Assembly: GCA_963703955.1 (NCBI GenBank)
Contig: CAVPGK010000010.1
Span: forward strand, 32,001 to 96,000
Length of the DNA: 64,000 bases
Reading direction: 5' to 3'
Source: Nitrospirota bacterium
GTDB taxonomy: Bacteria; Nitrospirota; Nitrospiria; Nitrospirales; Nitrospiraceae
The notes beneath the pieces were generated by a model, which worked only from the letters and a program-made list of their open reading frames with translations, was not told the DNA's origin and ran no database searches. Within the stretch, counting starts at the first letter, position 1. Each line of letters starts with the position of its first letter. Both the position numbers and the translations under genes were made by a program. This document shows positions 10,785 through 21,747 of this stretch, piece after piece.

Positions 10785-11861
10785 ATGCTACGAAGATGGC
10801 GGATACTGATGGTCATAGTGACTGTCGCGGGAGGAGTGGCGACAGACGGCCACTTGGTGGCGGAAGAACGAGCGGCGGCAAAGTCGGATTCTCTCGCTAC
10901 CCAAACGTCTGGTCGACCGCCGCTCCCATTTGGTCTTGAGGAGGATTTGTTCTCTGTGCCGACAGACAATCCTATGACGCCGAAGAAAATCGAGCTTGGA
11001 CGTCTGCTCTTCTTTGATAAGCGGCTGTCCAGGGATAATTCCATAGCTTGCGCGAGTTGCCACATGCCGACGCTCGCATTTACAGATGGACAGCCCGTCT
11101 CGATGGGGATTCATCGCCAACTGGGCGGTCGGAGTGCGCCCGCAGCCATCAATCGTGGCTTCAGCACCGCTCAATTTTGGGATGGTCGTGCGGCGACGCT
11201 GGAGGAGCAATCCATCGGTCCATTCGTGAATCCGGTCGAACATGGATTCATGGATTACAACGAGATGATCGCCAAAATGAACAGGATCGATGGATACAAG
11301 AAGCTGTTCCAGGAGGTGTTTGGCACGGAGATCACCGTTGACGGAATCGGCAAGGCTATTGCGACCTTCCAGCGGACGATTTTGTCGGGAAACAGCCCGG
11401 CGGATCGCTACGATGTCGGAGGCGAGGAAACAGCGTTGTCTGCAGAGGCTCAACAGGGGCTGGAACTGTTCCGAGCGAAAGCCCGCTGCACGCGGTGCCA
11501 CTCGGGATTTAATTTTACAGATGAGAAGTTCCATAACCTCGGGATTGGGTGGGACACGAACACGGTGGATCTTGGCCGGTACATGGTCACGAAGAATGCC
11601 GAGGACATCGGCGCCTTCAAGACACCGACGCTGAGGGAGATCGCCAGGACCGCCCCCTATATGCACGATGGGAGGTTTGCCAGTCTCGAAGAGGTCGTGA
11701 ATTTCTACAATCAGGGTGGGATCAAGAACCCGTACCTGGATAACAACGTGATCCCGCTCGAAATGACTGATCAGGAGAAGCGAAATCTGGTTACTTTCTT
11801 GCGCTCGCTTAACGGTGAGGGGTGGCAGCACATCACTCCACCAAACGAGTTCCCGCAGTGA
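10785..11861 (+). CDS. Di-heme cytochrome c peroxidase/MauG family protein
   Basis: Signal peptide, LGRLLFFDKRLS, CASCH, QFWDGRA, CTRCH, FKTPTLR, APYMHDG. Confidence 0.92.
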   Translation: MLRRWRILMVIVTVAGGVATDGHLVAEERAAAKSDSLATQTSGRPPLPFGLEEDLFSVPTDNPMTPKKIELGRLLFFDKRLSRDNSIACASCHMPTLAFTDGQPVSMGIHRQLGGRSAPAAINRGFSTAQFWDGRAATLEEQSIGPFVNPVEHGFMDYNEMIAKMNRIDGYKKLFQEVFGTEITVDGIGKAIATFQRTILSGNSPADRYDVGGEETALSAEAQQGLELFRAKARCTRCHSGFNFTDEKFHNLGIGWDTNTVDLGRYMVTKNAEDIGAFKTPTLREIARTAPYMHDGRFASLEEVVNFYNQGGIKNPYLDNNVIPLEMTDQEKRNLVTFLRSLNGEGWQHITPPNEFPQ

Positions 11862-11895
11862 TCTGAAAGGGAAGCGAGATTGTTCCGTCGCGACG

Positions 11896-11926
11896 CCGCA
11901 CCGTTGGAGCAAGTCAGACGGTGCGG
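11896..11926. terminator. Stem-loop between convergent genes
   Basis: 9-bp stem CCGCACCGT/ACGGTGCGG. No clear U-tract. Confidence 0.35.
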
Positions 11927-12007
11927 AGCGGCCGTCACCAGCAGGTTGTCAGTTGAGTCTCGCCTTGCTTCCCGTACGCATAACTTTCTCCTAGTGCTGA
12001 GAATTCC

Positions 12008-12613
12008 TCATACCTTGTGTGAGCCGGACCGTGCCCCTTGCCGTACGACGAGTAGACCGACCACGACCATCGACAGCATGATCAGCGCCACGACCACCAG
12101 CGTGCGATGAACCAGAGGGGAGAGCCGGCGCCATTCTTCTCCCAAGCCATACCCGACCGCAATGAACGTGGCGGACCACAGCAGGGCCCCGGAATAGGCG
12201 AACCGGGCGAACACACCAAGAGACAGATTTGAGGTGCCGGCAAGCAGGGCGGCAAGATGCCGGATGCCTGGGATGAAGTAGGCAATCAGCAGGGCATACT
12301 TCCCCCAACGCTGAACCCAGGTCTGTGCATTCGCAATGTGCTCCGGGCTGAGGTGAAGGGCCGGGCCGAGCTTGCTGATCACTTGCGGGCCGGCGAGACG
12401 GCCGATCCCGTAGCTGAGGCTAATCCCACTCGCGCTCCCGAGAAAGGCGGCTCCCACCGACGGGCTCAGCGCCAGGTCTCCTTTGAAATTCAGGTAACCG
12501 ACAAAGGTCAGTAAAGCTTCATCCGGTACCGGGAGGCCGACGATCCCCAGCATCAGGAGCAGGAAGATAGCCGCATAGCCATAACGGGTAATCCAATCAA
12601 ACCCGGCATCCAT
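12008..12613 (-). CDS. DedA family membrane protein
   Basis: YGYAAIF, GLPVPDE, YFIPGIRH, hydrophobic helices. Confidence 0.92.
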   Translation of the reverse strand: MDAGFDWITRYGYAAIFLLLMLGIVGLPVPDEALLTFVGYLNFKGDLALSPSVGAAFLGSASGISLSYGIGRLAGPQVISKLGPALHLSPEHIANAQTWVQRWGKYALLIAYFIPGIRHLAALLAGTSNLSLGVFARFAYSGALLWSATFIAVGYGLGEEWRRLSPLVHRTLVVVALIMLSMVVVGLLVVRQGARSGSHKV

Positions 12614-12930
12614 ACAAGACCGTCGAGCAAGGAATGATGTGAAATGATAAGGAGATCATGACGATGATGACCGACCGATGCTACTCATCTTTGTTCTATG
12701 AGTCAAAGAGAGTGGGTCGCTTCTTAGCCTGATCTCGCCGGATTCCTTGCCAAACTTCATTTAAGGTTGCCAGATGCGGCACAATTGGTGTATTCAGTAA
12801 GGTCGAGACCTTGCCCCAAACGATATTTGGTGGTGATTAAATGGGGGGCCTAATGGATTCTGTGAGCAAACAAACAAAGAGCGGCGCATGCTGGTGGCAT
12901 CTCTCGGCGCCGTTGCCGACCGGATGGGCG

Positions 12931-14439
12931 ATGCGAAGGCTGAGATGGTTCATGGTGATCGTCGGCGTGGTCGCGGTATGCACCGGTGGCTGCGTCACGA
13001 AGCCGATCAAGGACCGGAAGGGCACCACGTTGAGCTCGGCCGAACAGGAGAAACAAGTAGGGGCATGGCAAGCTAAAAAGATCGAACAACAAATGAGCGT
13101 ATTGCACGATGCAGGGCTGACGGCGTATCTCAACACCGTGGGACAACGGCTCGCGCAGCAGTCGTCCCGACAAGACATCACGTATACGTTTCGTATCCTC
13201 GACGTCCCAGAGCCCAATGCCTTTGCCTTTCCCGGCGGGTACATTTACGTCACTCGCGGTCTCCTGGCTTTGCTGAATTCCGAGGATGAGCTTGCGGGGG
13301 TGATCGGACATGAGATCGGGCATGTCATGGCTCGACATCGCGTGCAACAGATTGCTCGTGAAGGCCGGGGTTCGAATATCACGAACCTGGTGTCAGGGGT
13401 GTCCGGTCCGGTCGGTCCGGTTGTCGCGCACATTGTCGGCGACGCCGGCGAATTGGTAACCGGGTATATGTTTGCCTCCTATAGCCGCGAGCAGGAGCGC
13501 GAGGCGGATCAGGCCGGCCAGGAACTTGCTGCGCGAGCAGGGTGGGAACCGGCCGGACTCTCCAAGGTTCTGTCCACGCTGGAACGAGGCGACTCGCTGC
13601 GTCAAAGCGTTCCGCGCTGGACAACCTTTTTGGATTCCCACCCGGCATTTCCTGAACGCGTGATCCGCTCGGCCGAATCTGCCAAAGGGCTGCAGCGCGC
13701 AGCACTGGACCCGCTCAGCGCTTCGCCGGGTGCCTTTCTCACTCGGCTCGATGGTGTCGTGGTAGGCAGTCGCGCCGCAAGCGGGGTGATTGACGGCAGG
13801 AATTTCCGACATCCCGATCTCAACTACTCCGTGCAGTTTCCAGACAAGTGGAATCTCGCGGCCTCACCTCACCAGGTGACTGCGATTGCGCCTGACGGCG
13901 ACGCATTGATGGTCTTGAAGATTGTGGCTGAGGGAGGCGATCCGATGGAGGGTGCCCGCGCGCTCGAGCAGGCCAGTGGGTCGCCGATTCTGCGGACTAC
14001 CAAACGGTTTACGATCGGAAACTCACAGGCAGCGTTGGCGCAGGTCCACGCCGATACCAAGCAGGGGAAGCTCTGGCTCGGGCTTGCCTGGATCGCCCAC
14101 GGAGGCTACGTCTATCAGTTGGCCGGAATGGGCCCGATGAATCGCCACGACGCACTGCACTCGCTCTTCGATACGATGATCCATAGTTTCAGGCCGCTGT
14201 CGCAGTCCGAGCGGGCCAACCTTCGCGAAAAACGGATTCGTCTTGCCAAGGCGCAGGCGGGTGAGACGCTTGACGCGCTGGTGGCGCGCACCAAATCGAG
14301 CTGGGGCTCGGAAACAGTGGCGGTCGCCAACGGCTTGGTGGCGGGGGATCCGTTGCAGGAAGGAGAGATCGTGAAGGTGGCGATCGCAGAGCTCTATGCG
14401 TCGAAGATGCCGCAGCAGGAGAACGCCCCTCAGCTTTGA
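12931..14439 (+). CDS. M48 family metalloprotease lipoprotein with C-terminal LysM-like region (copy 1)
   Basis: Lipobox-like GGC, PNAFAFPGGYIYVTRG, HEIGH, YSREQEREAD, SHP. Confidence 0.88.
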   Translation: MRRLRWFMVIVGVVAVCTGGCVTKPIKDRKGTTLSSAEQEKQVGAWQAKKIEQQMSVLHDAGLTAYLNTVGQRLAQQSSRQDITYTFRILDVPEPNAFAFPGGYIYVTRGLLALLNSEDELAGVIGHEIGHVMARHRVQQIAREGRGSNITNLVSGVSGPVGPVVAHIVGDAGELVTGYMFASYSREQEREADQAGQELAARAGWEPAGLSKVLSTLERGDSLRQSVPRWTTFLDSHPAFPERVIRSAESAKGLQRAALDPLSASPGAFLTRLDGVVVGSRAASGVIDGRNFRHPDLNYSVQFPDKWNLAASPHQVTAIAPDGDALMVLKIVAEGGDPMEGARALEQASGSPILRTTKRFTIGNSQAALAQVHADTKQGKLWLGLAWIAHGGYVYQLAGMGPMNRHDALHSLFDTMIHSFRPLSQSERANLREKRIRLAKAQAGETLDALVARTKSSWGSETVAVANGLVAGDPLQEGEIVKVAIAELYASKMPQQENAPQL

Positions 14440-14504
14440 TAGGCAAGCGCCCTATCGCACGCGCTGAATCGGACCCAAGAAGAAGGCGTGGACTCGCTTA
14501 CCGC

Positions 14505-15078
14505 GTGAACGCGGAAGCCGTAACCCGCTGTCCCTGGGCCAAGACCGAACTCGACATCGCCTACCACGACAAAGAGTGGGGGGTGCCACTGCATGACGAC
14601 CGGGCGCTGTTTGAGTTCCTGATTTTGGAGGGCGCTCAGGCCGGGCTCAGTTGGTCAACCATTCTCACGAAGCGGGATCACTACCGGATCGCCTTCGATC
14701 ATTTCGATCCCCGCAAAGTGGCCCGCTACGAGCCAGCGGAAGATCGACCGCTTGCTGGCCGATCCAGGCATCGTGCGCAACCGGCTGAAGATCACAGCTG
14801 CGGTGCGCAACGCCAATGCCTTCCTCACCGTCCAGAAAGAATTCGGCAGCTTTGATGCTTACCTCTGGCGATTCGTCGGCGGCCATCCGAACAAGAATCG
14901 CTGGCGATCGTTCAAACAGGTCCCGAGCCACACACCTGAATCCGATGCGTTGAGCAAGGATCTGAAGCGACGCGGGTTCACCTTCGTCGGGTCCACGATC
15001 TGCTACGCCTTCATGCAGGCCGTCGGCATGGTGAACGATCACACCATCGATTGTTTCCGGTATAGCCAGATCGTCTGA
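14505..15078 (+). CDS. tag: DNA-3-methyladenine glycosylase I; one frameshift near 14733
   Basis: RCPWA, YHDKEWG, LEGAQAGLSW, then GIVRNRLKI, GFTFVGSTICYAFMQAVGMVNDH..DC in the next frame. Confidence 0.92.
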
Positions 15079-15246
15079 TCCTGCCCACGGAACCCATTGA
15101 CTCTGCGGTGACATTTCCTTAAAGATAGGCATATTGTCGATCTATTCTGAGAAGTTCTGCGAACGTGAGAAAAAACCTCTCTCCGCGATGCGTCTCCCCG
15201 AAATCGGGGTTTCAGTTTCCGACGGAGGGACACACGAGGTTCTGAC

Positions 15247-16420
15247 ATGCGGCCTATGACGGACAGAATTGGAGTCTTGAAAGGACTTGGGTCGAGCCTG
15301 CTTATGTGTCTCGCAGCGGATGTCTTTGTCGGCTGCAAGCAAGAGGCTGTTTCAAAGGCCGCACTGTCGCCTCCGGAGGTTGAAGTCGCGGAGGTGAAGC
15401 AGCAGGACCTGCCGATCTACGCGGAATGGGTCGGCACGACGGACGGACTGGTCAATGCGACGATCCAAGCGAGGGTGACCGGACATCTCATCAAGCGGAA
15501 CTTCGATGAAGGCGCCTTCGTGAAAAAGGGCGCCCTGTTGTTCGAAATCGACCCGCGTCCCTTTCAAGCGGCGCTCGCGGAAGCGAAAGGTCAACTGAGC
15601 CAAGCGGAGGCGCAGCTCGTGAAGACCAACATGGATGTCAAGCGCGACACGCCGCTCGCCCAAGCCAAGGCGATCAGCCAAAAGGAGTTGGATGATTCGA
15701 TCCAAGCCAACGCAGCCGCCAAGGGCTCGCTTGCTTCGGCAAGAGCCCAGGTTGAACAAGCCCAATTGAACCTTGGCTACACCAGGATCCAAGCCCCGAT
15801 CGATGGAGTGACCGGCATCGCCAAAGCGCAGATCGGCGATTTGGTCGGCCCGAACACGGGCGAGCTCACCTCTATTTCCACGGTCGACCCGATCCGGGTG
15901 TATTTCTCGATCAGTGAACAGGAATATTTGAAAGCGGCTGATAAAATTCAGGCGCAGTACAATGATCCGAACCTGCCTCGCCTCAAGCTCGAATTGATCC
16001 TCGGCGACGGCTCGGTTTATCCGCGCATCGGCCACCCTACACTCGCAGATCGGCAGGTGGATGTGAAGACCGGCACGATTCGCATCGCGGGGGAGTTTCC
16101 GAATCCAGGCAACCTCCTCCGTCCTGGTCTCTTCGCCCACGTTCGTGCGATGACGAAGACGAAGAACGGCGCGCTCCTGGTTCCACAGCGGGCTGTGACG
16201 GAGTTGCAAGGCGGCTATCAAGTGGCCGTGGTCACCCCGGATAGCAAGGTGGAGATCCGTCCGGTCAAGGTCGGTGAACGGATCGGCGGTCAATGGATCA
16301 TCAACGAGGGGGTTCAGCCGGGTGAGCAGGTCGTGGTCGAAGGATTGCAGAAGGTGAAGGCGGGGATGACGGTGAAATCCCAAACCACATCAGCAGGCGC
16401 CCGTCGAGAAGGCCGGCTGA
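15247..16420 (+). CDS. RND efflux periplasmic adaptor (membrane fusion protein)
   Basis: Lipoprotein signal VGC, LFEIDPRPFQA, YTRIQAPIDG, DVKTGTI, LRPGLF. Removing one A near 16375 restores a stop TGA at 16418-16420 overlapping the next ATG. Confidence 0.9.
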
Positions 16421-19400
16421 TGGCAAGATTCTTCGTCAATCGTCCGATCGTCGCGATCGTCATTTCGATCATGATGGTGATCGTCGGCATCGTCGCCATG
16501 GTCCAGCTCCCGATCGCCCAGTTTCCGAACATCGCGCCGCCGGAGATCCAGTTCAGCGCCACTTACGTGGGCGCGGACGCCGTCACGCTCGAGCAGTCGG
16601 TTGCCACGCCGATCGAGCAGCAGATGCAGGGCGTGGACAACATGATCTACATGTATTCGTCAACGCCAGCAACGGGCAGACGAGCCTGTACGTGGACTTC
16701 GACGTGACGACGAAGCCGAACGACGACCAGATCCTGTCGCAGATGCGCTACACCAGGCCGAATCGCAAGTTGCCGCAGGAAGTGCGGAACTATGGCGTGA
16801 CGATCAAGAAATCGACCACGAGCCCGCTGGCGCTCTTTTCTCTCTACTCCCCCAACGGGACCTACGACAGTATCTGGCTGACCAATTACGCCAACATCAA
16901 TATCAACGATCCCATGGCGCGCGTGCCGGGCATCGGCCAGGTGCACGATCTTCGGCGCCGGGCAATACGCGATGCGGTTCTGGGTGCGACCGGACGTGCT
17001 GGCCAAGCTCGAACATTACGGTCCCCGAGATCCTCGACGCCGTGAAGAAACAGAACACGGTGAACCCGGCTGGTCAGGTCGGCGCCGAACCGGTGCCTCC
17101 CGGACAGGAATTCACCTATACTGTGCGGGCGCAAGGGCCGGTTGCTCACCAAGGAGGAGTTCGAGGCAGATCGTCGTGCGGGCAAATATCGACGGGTCGC
17201 TGGTGCGGCTCGAAGGACGTGGCGAGGGTCGAGCTGGGCGCCCAGTCCTACAGCTAGATCGGCCGGATGAACGGAAAGTCCGCCGCCCTCATCGCCATTT
17301 ACCAGCTGCCAGGCTCAAACGCGATCGACGCGATGGATCAGGCGACGAAGCTGATGAAGGAGCTCAAAGAGCGATTTCCGGCCGACCTCGACTACGTCGA
17401 CGTCGCTCGATACGACGCTCGCGGTGCGGGAGGGCATCAAGGAGATCGTGCACACCCTCTTCGAAGCGCTGGTCCTCGTGATCATCGTCGTCTATATCTT
17501 TCTGCAGGGCTGGCGCGCCACGTTGATCCCGTCTGCTGGCCGTGCCGGTGTCGCTGGTCGGCACATTCACGCTGTTCCCGCTGCTCGGCTTCTCGATCAA
17601 CACGCTGTCCCTCTTCGGTCTCGTGCTCGCCATCGGCTTCGTCGTGGACGACGCCATCGTGGTGGTCGAAGCCGTGGAGCACCACATCGAAAAGGGCCTC
17701 TCGCCCAAGGAGGCGACGCTGAAGGCCATGGAAGAGGTCTCAGGCCCGGTCGATGGCGATCGCGCTCATCCTCGCCGCGGTCTTCGTGCCGACGGCGTTC
17801 ATTCCGGGCATTACGGGCCGGCTCTACCAGCAGTTCGCGGTGACGATCGCCGTGTCGGTGGTCATCTCGGCCTTCAACGCGCTCACGCTCAGCCCCGCCC
17901 TCTCGGCCTTGCTGCTACGACCAAAGAAACCGGCGCGGGGTCCGCTCGGTTGTTCTTCGGATGGTTCAACCGAATGGTTTGCCGTGCGACGGACGGGTAT
18001 GTGAGTGTCTGCGGCTCTTTGATTCGTAAGGCCGGACTCTCGATGCCATCCTAGTCCTGTTCGTGATCGCGACGGGCTTCTTCGGCATGCGCCTTCCGAC
18101 CGGCTTTCTGCCGATCGAGGATCAAGGCTATGTGTATTTGAACGTACAGTTGCCGATGGCGTCGTCTCTCCAGCGAACCGATGAGGTTTGCAAGAAGATC
18201 GAGGCGATCCTAAGCCGTACCCCGGGGGTGCAGTATGCGTCGACCATCGTCGGATACAGTCTACTCAGCACCGTGAACACGACCTATAATGCGTTTTTCT
18301 TCGTCACGCTCGCGCCATGGGAGGAACGCACCAAACCAGACGAGCAACTGCTGTCGATCTTCAAGCATGTCAACCAGCAACTGGCTCAGCTCCCTGAAGC
18401 GCAGGCGTTTCTCTTCCCGCCGCCTGCCATCCCCGGCGTCGGCACCTCGGGGGGCGTGTCATTCATTCTCGAGGACCGCACCGGAAAGGAGGTGGCGTTC
18501 CTGGCTGAGCACACGCAGAAGTTCATTGAGGCCGCCCGTAAGCGCCCTGAGATCGCCTCCGTCAATACCACGTTCATCCCCAGCGTGCCCCAGGTGTCCG
18601 CGAAGGTGGATCGGGATAAGGTGCTGAAACAGGGGGTGAACCTCGGGGATGTCTATCAGACGCTGCAAGCGTTCATGGGCGGCGTCATGGTGAACTACTT
18701 TAACCGCTTCGGGCGGGTGTGGCAGGTCTACGTCCAGGCTGACGGCGAGTTTCGGACGAGTCCCGAGCACGTCGGCCAATTCTACGTACGGAACGGGTCC
18801 GGGGACATGGTCCCCCTGTCGACGCTGGTGTCGATGGATACGGCGTCCGGACCTGAGTTTACCATGCGTTTCAACGAATACCGGTCTGCGCAATTGTTCG
18901 TGGGAGCGAAGCCGGGCTACAGCTCGGGCCAGGCGATGAAGGCGCTCGAGGACGTCTTTGCGGCGACGATGCCCCGGGACATGGGCTACGACTACATCGG
19001 GATGTCCTTCCAAGAAAAGGCTGCGGCAGAAGGCGTGCCGGCCAGCGTCATCTTCGGCTTTTCTCTTCTCTTCGTGTTCCTCATCCTCGCGGCGCAGTAT
19101 GAGAGTTGGGCGTTGCCGTTCAGCGTGCTCCTCTGCACCCCGATCGCCGTCTTCGGCGCGCTGGGAGCTCTGTGGGCCCTCTGGCTGTTGGCCCCCCCGC
19201 TGATTGAGAACGATGTGTTCACCCAGATCGGTCTGGTGATGCTCATCGGGCTTTCCGCCAAAAACGCGATCCTCATCGTGGAATTCGCGAAGATGGAATA
19301 TGAAAGGGGCAAGACCATCTCGGATGCGGCGCTGGCGGCGGCCCGCTTGCGCCTGCGGCCCATCCTGATGACGGCATTTGCGTTTATCCTTGGAGTCGTC

Positions 19401-19670
19401 CCGCTGGTTCTCTCCTCGGGGTCGGGGGCGCATGGCAGAATCCTCCTTGGTGTCGCAGTCATGGGTGGAATGCTGGCAGCCAGCGTGATCGCGATCTTCA
19501 TCATTCCGGTGAGCTACTACGTCGTGGAAAGACTCGTGCATCGCCAAGAACAAAGACCTGGCGCACCGAAGCCAGGGGCCCCAAGGCCGACCGGGGATGG
19601 CAAGGTGCAACCCCTGGCTCCTCAACCGGAAGCCGTGCCGGCCCATGCACGGATCCAAGGAGGTCACTGA
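16420..19670 (+). CDS. HAE1 RND efflux permease (AcrB/BepE-like); multiple frameshifts at 16650-18060
   Basis: [61 protein letters not shown] are all present in order across the fragments. Confidence 0.9.
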
Positions 19671-19671
19671 A

Positions 19672-21147
19672 ATGCATCGATGGCTCGCCGCCGCTGCGCC
19701 GATCTTCTTGCTCAACGCATGCATGATGGGACCGAATTACACGCGACCGGAAACGCCGAGCGGCGATTCGTGGCGGATGGCGCCGGCCACCGCGGAATCC
19801 ATTGCCAACCTGCCCTGGTGGGAGTTGTTGAAGGACCAAGAGCTGCAGAAATTGGTACGCGTGGCGCTGCAAGAGAATCAGGACATGCGGGTTGCCGTCG
19901 CCAGCGTCGAGCAGTTCCAGGCCCAACTCGTCATTGCCAAGTTCGACCTTGCTCCCTCTCTGGGCTATTCAGGAACCGCATTTACGTACCATAACACTAG
20001 AAATGCGATCGGAATTCCAGGTGTGGGAGCCATACCCGGGCCTTCAACCAACACAGGAGGGTTTGATCTTTCATATGCGAACGCCACGGGAGGCGTGAAA
20101 TGGGAGGCTGATCTTTGGGGCCGGATCAGACGTTCCATCGAGGCGACCAGGGCTCAACTCCTGTCGCGAGCGGAGAACCAACGGGCCGTGATTCTCGACC
20201 TGGTCAGCAACGTGGCTGGCGCCTACTTCGATCTCCGCACGCTCGACCTGCAAGTCGATATCACCAAGCGAACCCTCAAGACATGGGAGGAGAGCGTCAG
20301 GATTTCCCAGATCAAGTTGCAGCAGGGGACCATACCCAAACTCGATCTCGACCGGTTCGAAGCCGAGCGTGCGAATGCCGCGGCGCAACTCGCCGATCTT
20401 GAACGCCAGGTCGTCCAGAAAGAGAACCAAATCAGCCTACTTTTGGGACGCAGACCGATGTCGATCCCGCGCGGTGTCGTACTCACCGAGCAGATCATGC
20501 CTCCGGAGGTGCCGCCTGGCCTTCCTTCCGATCTTCTCCAGCGCCGACCCGATATCCTCCAAGCCGAACAGGACCTGGCTGCGGCGACCGCGAATATTGG
20601 AGTTGCTCAGGCCGCGCGCTTTCCGCAACTCGCCCTCACGGGTACCGCGGGAGTTGCCGGCTTAGACGCCACCTCGACCGCGTCACTGGGTCCGTTCGGG
20701 ATATTCCACGCCGCCGCCGCCTTGAGCGGTCCTCTGCTCAACGCGACGGCGCTGGGCTACCAAGTGGATGTGACCGAAGCTCAGACGAGGCAGGCCTTGG
20801 CCCGGTATGAGAAGGCGGTCTTCACGGCCTTCAAGGAAGTGGAAGACACCTTAATCGCCGTGCAAAAGGCTCGCGAGCAGCGCGCCGCGCAGGAACAGCA
20901 GGTCGCGGCCCTGCAGTCCGCCTTTCGATTCGCCGATCTGCGCTACCAGGGAGGCCGGGCCAGCTACCTGGACGTGCTGACCGCCCAGCGCACATTGTAT
21001 GAATCGGAACTGGCGCTCGCGGGAACCCGGCGAACGCAACTGGTCTCGGTGGTCCAGCTCTACAAGGCTTTGGGCGGTGGATGGTCGCCGACCGGCTCGG
21101 TCGAAGGCCGGCCGGCTCCCGAGCTGGTGAGCCAGAGCAGTCAGTAA
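19672..21147 (+). CDS. Efflux outer membrane factor lipoprotein (NodT/OprM family)
   Basis: RBS AGGAGG, lipobox LNAC, GPNYTRP, WEADLWGRIRR, RRPDI, LYKALGGGW. Confidence 0.93.
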   Translation: MHRWLAAAAPIFLLNACMMGPNYTRPETPSGDSWRMAPATAESIANLPWWELLKDQELQKLVRVALQENQDMRVAVASVEQFQAQLVIAKFDLAPSLGYSGTAFTYHNTRNAIGIPGVGAIPGPSTNTGGFDLSYANATGGVKWEADLWGRIRRSIEATRAQLLSRAENQRAVILDLVSNVAGAYFDLRTLDLQVDITKRTLKTWEESVRISQIKLQQGTIPKLDLDRFEAERANAAAQLADLERQVVQKENQISLLLGRRPMSIPRGVVLTEQIMPPEVPPGLPSDLLQRRPDILQAEQDLAAATANIGVAQAARFPQLALTGTAGVAGLDATSTASLGPFGIFHAAAALSGPLLNATALGYQVDVTEAQTRQALARYEKAVFTAFKEVEDTLIAVQKAREQRAAQEQQVAALQSAFRFADLRYQGGRASYLDVLTAQRTLYESELALAGTRRTQLVSVVQLYKALGGGWSPTGSVEGRPAPELVSQSSQ

Positions 21148-21343
21148 CGGTCACTCCTGAACCATCGGACCCCAGACTGGGAGGATCACGTTCTATGAAG
21201 GAGATGAGCATTCTATGCTGATCGCCGACGCAACGACCAAGCATGGGTACCACCGCGCAGAGTTCACCCGCGCGAAGTAAGTATCTTCAACTCAACCAGG
21301 CCGTATCGATCAGACCGTTCCATTCACTGACCAGGGAGGATGT

Positions 21344-21589
21344 ATGAGATGGCTTAGAGCTGTGGTGTGGTTGCTCGTGTCTCTCGGCTCTCTTTCTACG
21401 ACGACGGGGTACGCCACTGATGTGAACAGCGAGATTGAATTGCTCAGGGCGGATGTGAGAGCGGAAAAGATGGCGGTTATCGCGAAGCACATGAACTTTA
21501 CCGAGGACCAGTCGCAGAGCCTTTTGGCGCGACGGATTAATCGATTAATCGACGCGCAGATCGCCGGGGCCTTGCCGCTGGTGAAATAG
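21344..21589 (+). pseudogene. Small exported protein, probably internally deleted
   Basis: RBS GGAGG and signal peptide. IELLRADVRAEKMAVIAKHMNFTE is joined directly to the C-terminal LIDAQIAGALPLVK, whereas similar proteins I recall are roughly twice as long. Confidence 0.5.
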
Positions 21590-21747
21590 GCGGATGGTCG
21601 AACCGGCGAGTTGGGTTGCCCCCCGGATGATCTTGAAAACAGGCTTGTTGACACGTACTCTAGGTACGGGTAGGTATTTGATTGGCGGGCTGTGAGCGAT
21701 TGGGTCCGATGGACTCTCCAGGATGCCGATGAAGAAAGGACGATAAC

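Noticed and set aside
15247..16707. Apparent MFP-RND permease fusion protein
   Set aside because: Removing one A in GTGAAATCCC restores VNPKPHQQAPVEKAG* with a TGATG stop/start overlap, which is ordinary translational coupling.
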